The notes under the pieces were generated by a model that saw nothing but the letters and a program-made list of their open reading frames with translations, did not search any database and was not told where the DNA came from. Shown here piece by piece: positions 38,842-47,844 of a stretch of 64,000 bases of DNA. Position 1 is the first letter of the stretch, and every line of letters begins with the position of its first letter. The DNA lies in the sequence record NC_048054.1; one strand, 5' to 3'. A program made the translations under genes and the position numbers.

Positions 38842-39753
38842 TTAATGTTTGTCCGTATCGTGGATATCAGCTTCACCGAGAGCACGCTGGAACGAAGCAG
38901 GCGTTAGGCCGTACTTAGCCATGTCTGACTTCTTGACAGTGATCTTCTTACCGCTCTTATTGGTGAATACGCCTTTGCCGTTTTTAACGGAACCAGACCA
39001 GCCAGCTTTGGCAGTAATAGATTTACCGCCATTGAGTTCTTTCATCATGCGTTTAACCATGCGCGTGTCTTTGTCCCACTGCTTTGATTGATCTTGCAAG
39101 TGTTGACGCGCTGCATCGTTTTTCTGACCGATGGTTTTGTACTGAGTACCACCAGTAGTGCCTTTAGTTTTCTTCGCAGGCGCTTTCTCGGTCTTCGCAG
39201 CTTTTGTAGTGGTCTTGCTGCCGAGAGCTTCAAACTTAGAAGCTGCCAGGAATTTAGGCTTGATGTAACCCTTCTGACCTTTAACTACCAAAGAGTCAGT
39301 CTGTGCCGCTTTAACGGTACGCGCAGATCGACCAGGCTCACTAGTCAATGAAATGTCACTTACTTTCAGCGGAGAAGACAATGCACTCAGACCAGCAGCC
39401 TTCATAGCGGCAGTACCTTCGCGCAGTAGCTGTTTGGCGGTCTTCACGTCAGCAGAGGCTTTAGTCTTCATTGCCTTGACACGCTGGCGTAGTTTGGTTT
39501 TACGCGCAGGGTTTTCTTCACGCGGAACACGCACAGCCGCAATAGTGTTTGCTTCAATACGGTTCTTCAACGCAGACAATGCCAGCTTCTGAGCTTTACG
39601 CGCATTGGAGATGCACTTCGATACAGCAGGTTTATGTTCGCTGCTAATAACAAGCGCAGTCGCACCACCGACTTTGGCCATTTTGTAGCCCGGCTTCTTC
39701 GCTGCCGACTCAGACAGCAGAGAATCCGCAATATTGATTTTGATAAGTGCCAT
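38842..39753 (-). CDS. Basic Lys/Ala-rich protein, putative internal virion DNA-binding protein, 303 aa
   Basis: AAGGA RBS; N-terminal LLSESAA motif; high K/A content. Confidence 0.7.
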   Translation of the reverse strand: MALIKINIADSLLSESAAKKPGYKMAKVGGATALVISSEHKPAVSKCISNARKAQKLALSALKNRIEANTIAAVRVPREENPARKTKLRQRVKAMKTKASADVKTAKQLLREGTAAMKAAGLSALSSPLKVSDISLTSEPGRSARTVKAAQTDSLVVKGQKGYIKPKFLAASKFEALGSKTTTKAAKTEKAPAKKTKGTTGGTQYKTIGQKNDAARQHLQDQSKQWDKDTRMVKRMMKELNGGKSITAKAGWSGSVKNGKGVFTNKSGKKITVKKSDMAKYGLTPASFQRALGEADIHDTDKH

Positions 39754-39771
39754 TTGATTGTTCCTTATACC

Positions 39772-40371
39772 TTAGGGTCGCCCAGGTACGTCAAAGTTTT
39801 TTCCCGCCGAGTAATCACCCAGCGCCTGATAAAGAGAGTCACGCAGCATACGCTGAATGATATCCGAGTTGTGCGCAGAGGCATCTTTGAATGCAACCTC
39901 GATCGCTTCTGTTCTCGGATTCAGTACAGCATAACGCAGCGGGCAGATCACTTGCGCTTTACACCACGCGTCGATTTTGATCTGCAAATCAGGCGTGATT
40001 GGAATGCGGAAGTCTGCGAGTTGGAACACAACGCTCTGGATAGGAGGCGGCGATGATAGCGATATGAACTTACCGTTCGGGTTCAATCGCTCCATAGCGT
40101 TTGCGGCTTCATAGATCGTTTGATAACCTTCACTAACGGTCGTGATGTTAGTCAACTTGAAGCTATGCGTTGTCAATCCTTTACGAATCAACTTGGCGAT
40201 ATTGAGTTCATAATCACCAGAGTCATCGCGCATGAAAGTGACGAACGCGTAGAAGGCGAAACCATCCTCTTCGCGTAAAAGTCTGTGGTCTAATACGCGA
40301 AAGCCCACGACACTTTGCAGTGCCTGGGCTGTGATTTGCGTCGCCTTAGACAGGGAGACGTAGATTTCCAT
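39772..40371 (-). CDS. Hypothetical protein with N-terminal MEIYVSLS peptide, 199 aa
   Basis: TAATG coupling with the upstream gene. Confidence 0.75.
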   Translation of the reverse strand: MEIYVSLSKATQITAQALQSVVGFRVLDHRLLREEDGFAFYAFVTFMRDDSGDYELNIAKLIRKGLTTHSFKLTNITTVSEGYQTIYEAANAMERLNPNGKFISLSSPPPIQSVVFQLADFRIPITPDLQIKIDAWCKAQVICPLRYAVLNPRTEAIEVAFKDASAHNSDIIQRMLRDSLYQALGDYSAGKNFDVPGRP

Positions 40372-40706
40372 TAACGCAGACGGGCCAGCGCCTTTTTAGC
40401 AGCGGCCAGAGTTGGCTGAATGTCGCCTTCATCGTCGAACTCGCCTTCGAAGCGAATGTCGAGGCCAGTCACGTTAAAGCCTTCATCTTCGTCTTTGGTG
40501 ATAATACCGAAACGAGCGGTGTCACCAGTAGCGCTGATGAAACGCAGATCGAGGATATCGTTAGGACCAGACAGGTCAGACGGCATACCGTCGTCGATAA
40601 TCTCGAACAGCGCTTTCTTGTCCAGGCCTTTGAAGAACGCAGACAGAGCGGCGGCAGCAGATTCGGATTTAACAGCTTCTTTCAGATTCAGTTTGATCAG
40701 GGACAT
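40371..40706 (-). CDS. Hypothetical protein with N-terminal KSESAA motif, 111 aa
   Basis: GGAG RBS; co-oriented. Confidence 0.7.
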   Translation of the reverse strand: MSLIKLNLKEAVKSESAAAALSAFFKGLDKKALFEIIDDGMPSDLSGPNDILDLRFISATGDTARFGIITKDEDEGFNVTGLDIRFEGEFDDEGDIQPTLAAAKKALARLR

Positions 40707-40708
40707 GG

Positions 40709-41281
40709 TTAGTTTACTCCAACTTGTTTAGTGATTGTGATAACACGCTGGTACCAACCATAAATGTTATCTTCCTGGGTTTCATCTGCCTTAGCGATGT
40801 TTTTCAACTTCGCAATACGGCAGCCGTTGTAGGCATAAGCCAATACTTTGATATCGCGCACTTTGCAGTACGCGTCCAGCGCAGCGATAGTCTTAGGACC
40901 AATATTCGCAGCAGGTGCAAAGTCTGGATAGAGCTTGCCTCGCTGATTCAGAATATTTAACTGGTCCTGTAGCTCCGCAATTGCGGCTGGTGGGCCTGAG
41001 TTAACTGCGTAGTCGAATACCCACAGCGCCAGCTCCTGACTATACTTCGCAAGCTGATCGCATTTGCAGAAGTCCCAGAAGTTAGCACTGTAGATCGCAT
41101 ACGCAATCTCATAAGGCAGGTCTTGCATAGCGCCTTTGTAGCCATAGGCGCGAGCATTCTTTTCCGTGACACCCCAACGTGTAGGACCGCCACGGTCAGC
41201 AGAGCGGTTAGTGTATTTCTCGCCACCTTCACGATCAATAACTTCCGCAATAGCTTTCTTTCGAAACGTCAAAGCGTCCAT
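40709..41281 (-). CDS. Glycoside hydrolase family 108 lysozyme with C-terminal PG-binding domain (endolysin or virion lysin), 190 aa
   Basis: IDREGG.Y.N...DRGGPTRWGVT catalytic motif, FDYAVNSG, IGPKT, YGWYQR. Confidence 0.92.
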   Translation of the reverse strand: MDALTFRKKAIAEVIDREGGEKYTNRSADRGGPTRWGVTEKNARAYGYKGAMQDLPYEIAYAIYSANFWDFCKCDQLAKYSQELALWVFDYAVNSGPPAAIAELQDQLNILNQRGKLYPDFAPAANIGPKTIAALDAYCKVRDIKVLAYAYNGCRIAKLKNIAKADETQEDNIYGWYQRVITITKQVGVN

Positions 41282-41306
41282 AATACAGGTCCTCTTTTAG
41301 ACGAAT

Positions 41307-41314
41307 TGAAATTA
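41307..41314 (-). promoter_or_regulatory. TAATTTYA-class promoter motif
   Basis: TAATTTCA 26 nt upstream of the lysozyme start. Confidence 0.55.
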
Positions 41315-41317
41315 TCG

Positions 41318-42172
41318 TTAGATGGCTAAGTTCGATTGTTTGAATCGCATCTTAGGACGAGTACCGGGATCTGACGTGACTGCATCAAAGTCATTCGCAT
41401 CGAGCTTGCAGAATGCACGAAGGACTGAGCTATAGAAAAACGCCTTATTCAATATCGGTGCTTCGTCTACACCAGACTGTGTTTGAGCAAATTGTCCATT
41501 GTAGTTAGCACCGGCAGAAATACCAGGCGTACCGTTAGTACCTGTAGCATAGAAAGATGTTGGTAAACCCATCATCGTACATGCGTAGGCAGGAGTTTCG
41601 TTCGCCGTGACAGTTGTGTACGTACAAATGCCAGTAGCCCCACCAGCACTACAGGTACCAGTTGCAGTTACGCCCGTGTCTCTGACGTATCGACTGCCAA
41701 TGAATCCCGTAGCGATCTGACCGTACGGGCAGTTACCATCATGCAGATTCATTGGTGGCATCGTTATCGGCTGACCAGCAATCATCCCTGTGGTCAGAAA
41801 TACCGTTGTATTGCCGGAAGTATTTAGAAACGAGTAAGACTGCGAGGCAGCGATACTACAGTTACCACTAAGACCTTTTGCCGGGTCCTGTTGAACAATA
41901 TCATAGGAGTTATCGAGTGTGATCGAACTCGGCTGTTGGTACTTCAAACAGGTGAAGTGATATTTGTTGGACTTGCGCCCTCTGATTGGATTGAGATACC
42001 CATTGAAGCCCAAAACAGCACGGGCTTTTCGAGCAAGGACGTTTGCCTTGGTCATATCCGTCAGCGTAGAGAAGTCAGAGTCTTCCCGACTGTCGTATAG
42101 GAATACGTTCGGGTTCGTGGGTGATGGTCCACCCAACCCGAAAAAAGATGATATGTACTGCATGGTTTCCAC
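41318..42172 (-). CDS. Gly/Thr/Cys-rich putative fibre/virion protein, paralogue of 36580..37335, 284 aa
   Basis: GAGG RBS; shared N- and C-terminal motifs with 36580..37335. Confidence 0.6.
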   Translation of the reverse strand: METMQYISSFFGLGGPSPTNPNVFLYDSREDSDFSTLTDMTKANVLARKARAVLGFNGYLNPIRGRKSNKYHFTCLKYQQPSSITLDNSYDIVQQDPAKGLSGNCSIAASQSYSFLNTSGNTTVFLTTGMIAGQPITMPPMNLHDGNCPYGQIATGFIGSRYVRDTGVTATGTCSAGGATGICTYTTVTANETPAYACTMMGLPTSFYATGTNGTPGISAGANYNGQFAQTQSGVDEAPILNKAFFYSSVLRAFCKLDANDFDAVTSDPGTRPKMRFKQSNLAI

Positions 42173-42209
42173 CTCAAGTAGATTAAGGATAATGTGCTAC
42201 GCCTTAGGC

Positions 42210-42217
42210 TAAAATTA
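42210..42217 (-). promoter_or_regulatory. TAATTTYA-class promoter motif
   Basis: TAATTTTA 38 nt upstream of 42172, right after a terminator. Confidence 0.55.
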
Positions 42218-42231
42218 GCTGCAAGATCGAC

Positions 42232-42251
42232 AAAAGGGGCCGAAGCCCCTT
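42232..42251 (-). terminator. Rho-independent terminator, cUUCGg loop
   Basis: AAGGGGC-TTCG-GCCCCTTTT. Confidence 0.8.
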
Positions 42252-42591
42252 AGAATGTCCAACGTGTTGCCCAAGCGATTAAGCCTGAGATAATACCGAT
42301 GTGCGCCAGATAACCGAACTGCAATACATGGCCTCGGACATAATGTTTCAGTCCACCAGCGTATGCACCATCATACATGGCAGCGATTATCATGAAGGAC
42401 ATGATGTAGGTGAACACATGCCACCGAGTCATCTCCATCGCTTCGTTGCAGAACACTATCAGAAATAATGCAACGGCCATGATGTACGCAGTGCGCTTCA
42501 TCTCAGTCAGATTGATACCAAGCACGACAGGTCGCATGGCGAACGCCGCTAGTATCGACACCAACATCAACGCCTGATAGTCGGCTGACAT
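42250..42591 (-). CDS. Small integral membrane protein (3-4 TM), holin candidate, 113 aa
   Basis: Several uninterrupted hydrophobic stretches; about 1 kb from the GH108 gene. Function unproven. Confidence 0.5.
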   Translation of the reverse strand: MSADYQALMLVSILAAFAMRPVVLGINLTEMKRTAYIMAVALFLIVFCNEAMEMTRWHVFTYIMSFMIIAAMYDGAYAGGLKHYVRGHVLQFGYLAHIGIISGLIAWATRWTF

Positions 42592-42884
42592 GCTTCTTCC
42601 ACCTCTTCCGTGCTTATCGGTTTGTTGCGACGCATATCAAGTGCGAGTTGTGCCTTGCGACCTATGCGAGCCATAGACTCCAGATCTTCATCCGAATAGG
42701 CGCTCATGCTGTCTTTGACAACAGAGAGTTCTCGGAGGTGGCTTGGTGCTAGTTCGTAATCACCAGCCGAACCAAACATCGCAGCAGACAGGCCTGGGAT
42801 ATTTACGTTAGCGATGCTTGGCACGTCATCTCTGACTTTCACAAGCAGCTTACCGCTTTTACTTACATCGTGTGGAATTGCCAT
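42567..42884 (-). CDS. Hypothetical protein (~105 aa)
   Basis: Start moved to ATG 42884 (AAGG RBS, MAIPHD). Confidence 0.6.
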   Translation of the reverse strand: MAIPHDVSKSGKLLVKVRDDVPSIANVNIPGLSAAMFGSAGDYELAPSHLRELSVVKDSMSAYSDEDLESMARIGRKAQLALDMRRNKPISTEEVEEACQPTIRR

Positions 42885-42885
42885 A

Positions 42886-43599
42886 CTACACACCTTGATT
42901 AGCGAGATAAGTATCGGTGATGTTTGAGGTCTTCTCCACGTTACCGCGAATGTAACCAATCTCAAACACCTGCACGTTATGTTTGACAACCGCCTCACCA
43001 ACTGTCTCACATGCACCGCTATTCAGATCGAGGAAAGCCTGACACAAACGTTCGGCAACAGGCTTGGCCAGAATCTTCATCAGCGTGTGCTTCTGCATCG
43101 CAGTCAGCTTGATAGGCAGTGCGTCGATCTCACGTTCGATGTTCTTACGTCCACCGTGATAAATCCAACGACAGATGGTTGCAGTCAAAGGCTTCTGGTG
43201 AGTCTTCGACGGCAAGGTGTAGATGTAAGTCATCAGGCGATAGAACAGGCTACCGTCGATTGCGCGTTTCTTCAAATCGTCCAGATACTTACCAACAGGA
43301 CTGAGCTTGCCTTTCTGCGGTTGCATCTCGTCGAGTTTAAGATCAACGTCAAGGCCATAGCGCTTCAACGTTTCAGGATGACCGAACACGAAGACAATAT
43401 GGTCAGGCATATCACGAATAGCAACCGCGTTTCGGCTATATTCTTTCTCGCCGATAACGAACAGGTACTTACGATATTTCTTGGCAGGGTCAAGTACACC
43501 ACCAAGTGGAACGAAGGTCACACGATCAGCATGACCTTTCTTTCTCAGCCAGCCCAGCACTTGCTCTGGGCTTTGGCGTGTTACCGCAATTACAGGCAT
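42886..43599 (-). CDS. Hypothetical protein, 237 aa
   Basis: GGAG RBS; co-oriented. Confidence 0.75.
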   Translation of the reverse strand: MPVIAVTRQSPEQVLGWLRKKGHADRVTFVPLGGVLDPAKKYRKYLFVIGEKEYSRNAVAIRDMPDHIVFVFGHPETLKRYGLDVDLKLDEMQPQKGKLSPVGKYLDDLKKRAIDGSLFYRLMTYIYTLPSKTHQKPLTATICRWIYHGGRKNIEREIDALPIKLTAMQKHTLMKILAKPVAERLCQAFLDLNSGACETVGEAVVKHNVQVFEIGYIRGNVEKTSNITDTYLANQGV

Positions 43600-43601
43600 T
43601 G

Positions 43602-43925
43602 TTACTCCACTGTGTTGAGAGCTTGTGCCGTGTACTCACGCAGAGTACGCTCAATGTTCTTTGCCAGAGTTGGGTGGCAGATAAGCTGGTGGTCTTTCAT
43701 GTACACACGCAGCGAAGGACGCATCACCTTACGCACTTGAGGATAGAGGCCGAAGATTTTATGCAGAGGTGTCTTGTAGTAAAACTCCTCATGCTCGTCC
43801 ATGCAGTTGATGTTTGCCACAACTTCGTACTTGGCAAAGATGGCTGGATTGCGATTGATGTACGCTGGTTCAATCGGCACACTGCCTTTCTCGTGGTCGC
43901 TACTGAACTTACCGAAGATCATCAC
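43602..43925 (-). CDS. Hypothetical protein, 107 aa
   Basis: Overlaps the sbcC stop by 4 nt. Confidence 0.7.
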   Translation of the reverse strand: MMIFGKFSSDHEKGSVPIEPAYINRNPAIFAKYEVVANINCMDEHEEFYYKTPLHKIFGLYPQVRKVMRPSLRVYMKDHQLICHPTLAKNIERTLREYTAQALNTVE

Positions 43926-46252
43926 ATCACCTTACGCGTTAACTTAGACACACCACCTTGCTTGGTGATAGTCCATTGATTGTCAGAGAAGTGCTCAACG
44001 TCCAGAGGAGTAATCCAGTAAACGTTAGGAATGATTTGCTTGAGAATCGGGAGGAAGTTCTTCACGATATGATCGCGTGTCGCGTCACTACAGGAGTTCT
44101 CAGGTTCATCCAGCACAATAAAGTTTGTACGGCGATTAGCAGGAATGAATGGCATGATCGCAACAGCAAACAGCAGACGGAAACAGTTTGTCTCTGCACC
44201 ACTCATGATTGCAATATCAGTCGTCTTCTTCGACACCAGACGAGTAACGGTTGCACCAATACCCTGCTTGGTAGTGAACAGTTCGAAGTGCATAGGCTCA
44301 GGGAACACCAGACCAGAGTATTCGTTCAGCTTCTTCTCAATCTGTTTGATACGGCCTTCGACCGCTTTCAGTTTGAGCGCGTTATTGCTGTATGCCTTAT
44401 ACAGGACCTCGAATACTTTGCGCTTATCAATCAGAGGTTGCAGGTCTGCGAGTTTACTACGGAGTTCACGCAACGTTTCTTCGTAGTGTTCGTGTTCCTG
44501 AATACGCATCTGAATGTTTTGCGCTTTGCGCTCCTTCTTCTCGATATCGGTAATCAGCTTCTCAACTTCGGCGCTTACCTTTTTGTATCGTCCATCGAGC
44601 AGGTAGAACGGATCTTCTGGTTCACCTACAGCTTTGAGTGCAGCACGAAGGTCTTTCAGAATCTCAAGGTCCTTGATTCGGTTCTTGATTGTCTTACGGG
44701 CTTTCTTAGGCTGCTTCACCGCTTTAGGTTTCTTGAGCGCGTCACGCTTGGCCACCAGCTTCTCATACTTCTTGGCTGTTTCGAATTGTTCTTCGATTGC
44801 GTCCAGTGCTGCGCCTACGGCTTTGAGTTTCTTCTCAAGGTCCTTGCGCTTGTGCTTAGGCTTCTTAACTTTCTCGGCTTTCAACTCTGTTAGTTGATCG
44901 TTGAGTTTGTGGTAGTCGATAGCCTCGATACACTCGTCAATGATTGCCTGAGCTTTCGTTGCAGCGCGAGCCATAGCTTTCAGGTCAACGTCTTGGCCGC
45001 AGGTAGGACAAGAGTTACCGTCGTGATCATGTTCTTCAAAAGCACGATACGCCTGAACTATCGCTTTGGCCTCTGCTCTGGAATCTTGTGCCTCTTCCTG
45101 AGTTCGCTTAGGAGCCTTGAGCTTAGACAGCTTTTTACTGAGCTTGTCCAGGGCTTCTCGCCATTCGTCGTATTCTTCTTGTTGTTCATCGACTTTCTCC
45201 AGCAACGCTTCGAGGCTCTCTTCCTCTTTAACTAAGCGTCCATGTTCTTTGCGCAGCTTTTTGTTATCAAGGTCGGTGACGTCCCCAAGCGCTTTGATTT
45301 TCTTTTTAACGTCGGCGAGTTCCTGTTGGTATTCTTCCAACGCTTCCACGTAATCGTCGTAACGGTCGTGTTCGATCAATTCACCACGCAACGCATTCAG
45401 TTCACCTTTCAGGTCAGAGCACTCAATGCCTAACGTGTCGAGTTGATGCTTGAGCTTCTCGTACTTCCGCGCGTTCGAGCGCTGGGTACCGAGTTCTATC
45501 AATTGCTCAGACAGTTCGTTACGTCTGGCTTTCATCTTATCTGACTGCTTGATGATTTTAGCCAGCGTGTTCTTTTCTTCGGCATGAATCGACAGCGCGT
45601 TCTGCTTACGCTGTGTAACGTCCAGCATATCAGCCAGACCTTTAGATTCTGTCTCGGCATCTTTCGCCAAGTCCAGTTTCTTCTTCAACGCCATACGAAT
45701 GTTGTCAAACACGTCGAGGTTGAATAACGAGGTCAGGTACTTGAGGCGATCAGCAGGCTGGGCACGTTGGAACGGATGCGGTATCTGCGATTGAATGTAG
45801 GCATAACTGTAGAACTCGTCTTTCGATAGCGGCCAATGCTTTGCAATCCATGAACGCGCTACGTCCTGACGTCCAACCTTCTGGTCCTCACCGTTGTAGT
45901 AAACAGTGTAGCTCTTGGCTGTTTGCTCGATACGAACAATACCGCCTAACGGAGATTCCCAGGACAGATCGATAACGCTGCCCTTACTGAGCATGTTACC
46001 CTTGTCTTTCTTTTTCAGAGCGAGAGGGTCAGCTTCGTAGAGCAGCGTAGGTATTGCACCGAACAGCAGACTTTTGCCTACGCCGTTCGTATTGTCTTTA
46101 ACGTTCGGACTATCGAGGTTCTTACCACAAATGGTTGCGAAGCCTTCACTGTCCAGTGTGTCGATATCAAGCTCTTTGTACACGCCAACATCGCGGAGAT
46201 GAATCTCTTTCAATCCAATGCCGTGGTTCTGTTTCTGCTTCGCTTTGCCCAT
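43922..46252 (-). CDS. sbcC: SbcC/Rad50 (gp46-like) SMC ATPase, 776 aa
   Basis: Walker A GKN...NGVGKS, long coiled coil with CPTCG zinc hook, MSGAE signature, IVLDEP Walker B. Confidence 0.93.
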   Translation of the reverse strand: MGKAKQKQNHGIGLKEIHLRDVGVYKELDIDTLDSEGFATICGKNLDSPNVKDNTNGVGKSLLFGAIPTLLYEADPLALKKKDKGNMLSKGSVIDLSWESPLGGIVRIEQTAKSYTVYYNGEDQKVGRQDVARSWIAKHWPLSKDEFYSYAYIQSQIPHPFQRAQPADRLKYLTSLFNLDVFDNIRMALKKKLDLAKDAETESKGLADMLDVTQRKQNALSIHAEEKNTLAKIIKQSDKMKARRNELSEQLIELGTQRSNARKYEKLKHQLDTLGIECSDLKGELNALRGELIEHDRYDDYVEALEEYQQELADVKKKIKALGDVTDLDNKKLRKEHGRLVKEEESLEALLEKVDEQQEEYDEWREALDKLSKKLSKLKAPKRTQEEAQDSRAEAKAIVQAYRAFEEHDHDGNSCPTCGQDVDLKAMARAATKAQAIIDECIEAIDYHKLNDQLTELKAEKVKKPKHKRKDLEKKLKAVGAALDAIEEQFETAKKYEKLVAKRDALKKPKAVKQPKKARKTIKNRIKDLEILKDLRAALKAVGEPEDPFYLLDGRYKKVSAEVEKLITDIEKKERKAQNIQMRIQEHEHYEETLRELRSKLADLQPLIDKRKVFEVLYKAYSNNALKLKAVEGRIKQIEKKLNEYSGLVFPEPMHFELFTTKQGIGATVTRLVSKKTTDIAIMSGAETNCFRLLFAVAIMPFIPANRRTNFIVLDEPENSCSDATRDHIVKNFLPILKQIIPNVYWITPLDVEHFSDNQWTITKQGGVSKLTRKVM

Positions 46253-46452
46253 TAGACGTACTCGACTGTTTCTTCCTGGATAAGACCTTTACCGTGAATC
46301 TGTTCGAATACTTCGATTTCATCAGCGGTGTACGGCTCGGCAGATTCTGCGATCACATCATACGCATATGATTCGTCGCGGGTATCGCTTGCGATTGGTT
46401 TTAAAACACGCCAGAGTGGCAGAGCGATCGGTTCACGTTGGATAGCAGGCAT
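46252..46452 (-). CDS. Hypothetical protein, 66 aa
   Basis: TAATG coupling at both ends. Confidence 0.65.
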   Translation of the reverse strand: MPAIQREPIALPLWRVLKPIASDTRDESYAYDVIAESAEPYTADEIEVFEQIHGKGLIQEETVEYV

Positions 46453-46664
46453 TAGTGGAATACTCCCTGACGTTCAACCCACAGGTCAGCAGCACGATAC
46501 ACCTGACGCAGCTCATTCAGTTTTTCTTCTGGTACAGGAGTAGCAGACGAGAAGATGCACTGTGGTGTCTTCTCCTCTTTGCCTGTTACAGGATTGATAT
46601 CGGTATCGTGACGCATTACGTTCCAGCGGCTGTTCGAGCCACGGATATTGATAGTCTGGTTCAT
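46452..46664 (-). CDS. Hypothetical protein, 70 aa
   Basis: Coupled to the downstream gene; promoter motif upstream. Confidence 0.65.
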   Translation of the reverse strand: MNQTINIRGSNSRWNVMRHDTDINPVTGKEEKTPQCIFSSATPVPEEKLNELRQVYRAADLWVERQGVFH

Positions 46665-46700
46665 GGTTAAAGCCCAAGTATTGGTGTTAATGATACTCGT

Positions 46701-46709
46701 TATTTACAG
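46701..46709 (-). promoter_or_regulatory. CTGTAAATA-class promoter motif
   Basis: Exact motif 37 nt upstream of 46664, heading the sbcC operon. Confidence 0.6.
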
Positions 46710-46743
46710 TTTTGGTCAGTATAGACAAAAAGAAGGGCCACCG

Positions 46744-47265
46744 TTAGGCAGCCCCTGCGAATACTTTGCGCTTGCCGTTATCAATGTAATGATCCGCATA
46801 GAACGGACCACTAACACCTTTCAGGCCGAGTTTATTTTTGAGGCTGTTCTTACGAGCAAACACATATTTCAGATGCTCATTGCGTTTTCTTTTACGCTCA
46901 GGAGACCAGCCCTTCATTTCTTTTTCGATCTTACGAACGGATGCGTCAAGATCAACAAGGTTTTGATAATCATTGGTCGCTTTACTGCACGAGGAAAATA
47001 CTTTACGCACCCCGTTCTCCAGGTAATGGTCTTCATAGAACGGACCATCAACATTTTCAAGACCAATACGCCGACGTAGCTGTCTGTGCAAGCGCTTAGA
47101 CCATACCAGTTCATCATCTATCAGATGAATAACAGCAGGCATTGCTTCACGTTGGTCCATCATCAGACCACGAATCTTCGCGTCAATCTTACAAAGTTCG
47201 GCGTAGTCCTGTTCTGGAGTTGGTACGTTGCACACAGGCTTAGAAAGATCTACGGTGAGTTCCAT
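46744..47265 (-). CDS. Hypothetical protein with internal duplication, 173 aa
   Basis: Two copies of a helix followed by GL..V.GPFY.DHY..NG.RKVF; N-terminus MELTVDLSK. Confidence 0.75.
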   Translation of the reverse strand: MELTVDLSKPVCNVPTPEQDYAELCKIDAKIRGLMMDQREAMPAVIHLIDDELVWSKRLHRQLRRRIGLENVDGPFYEDHYLENGVRKVFSSCSKATNDYQNLVDLDASVRKIEKEMKGWSPERKRKRNEHLKYVFARKNSLKNKLGLKGVSGPFYADHYIDNGKRKVFAGAA

Positions 47266-47714
47266 CAGTATCTCCGTGGCTTCTTAGGCTTTTTAGGCCT
47301 TGTGGATTTAGGACGCTTGATACGCTGTAACGCTTTACGCGCTTCGGCGATCTGACCAGACAGTGCTGCGCGTTGTTTCTTCGTCGCGTCAGTATCTTGG
47401 TCTGTGCCTTTCAGCTTCTCAAGACGGTTCCATTCTTTCACCAAACGATCAACAACAGCAGCACGGCTCACTCGTTGTTGGTTGGTGCGAACGATATCCT
47501 GCTGGGTCTTCACCGAGCGTTGAGTGTCTTGCACTTTCTTACGTGCTGCCTCAACACCTTTCGTGTCACCTTCGGATTGTTTGTCGTTCAGTTCTTTACG
47601 CGCCGCATTACTTCTGCGCTGCGCACCTTTGAGATCGTCACGCGAGTTTTCTAAACTCACTTTGGTATCTTCGAGTGGGCTAGAGCGCACACTCAAACTG
47701 ACCATGATTTCCAT
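47265..47714 (-). CDS. Basic coiled-coil protein with N-terminal MEIMVSLS peptide (~149 aa)
   Basis: Start moved to ATG 47714 (GGAG RBS; the longer track start would run through a terminator). Confidence 0.75.
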   Translation of the reverse strand: MEIMVSLSVRSSPLEDTKVSLENSRDDLKGAQRRSNAARKELNDKQSEGDTKGVEAARKKVQDTQRSVKTQQDIVRTNQQRVSRAAVVDRLVKEWNRLEKLKGTDQDTDATKKQRAALSGQIAEARKALQRIKRPKSTRPKKPKKPRRY

Positions 47715-47731
47715 AACGGCTCCAGAAATGA

Positions 47732-47757
47732 AAAAGGGCAGCCGAAGCCACCCTTTT
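47732..47757 (-). terminator. Rho-independent terminator, repeated cUUCGg family
   Basis: AAAAGGGTGGC-TTCG-GCTGCCCTTTTT. Confidence 0.8.
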
Positions 47758-47844
47758 GTAGATGGCGCGCTATGCACCCGACTGTTAAGTCTACTACGAT
47801 TATTTTACCTCGCAGTAGTCAGCGAGGAGATTGGGATCACCTCC

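Noticed and set aside
42250-42591. Firm holin call
   Set aside because: Only hydrophobicity and rough proximity support it; a terminator and another gene separate it from the lysozyme
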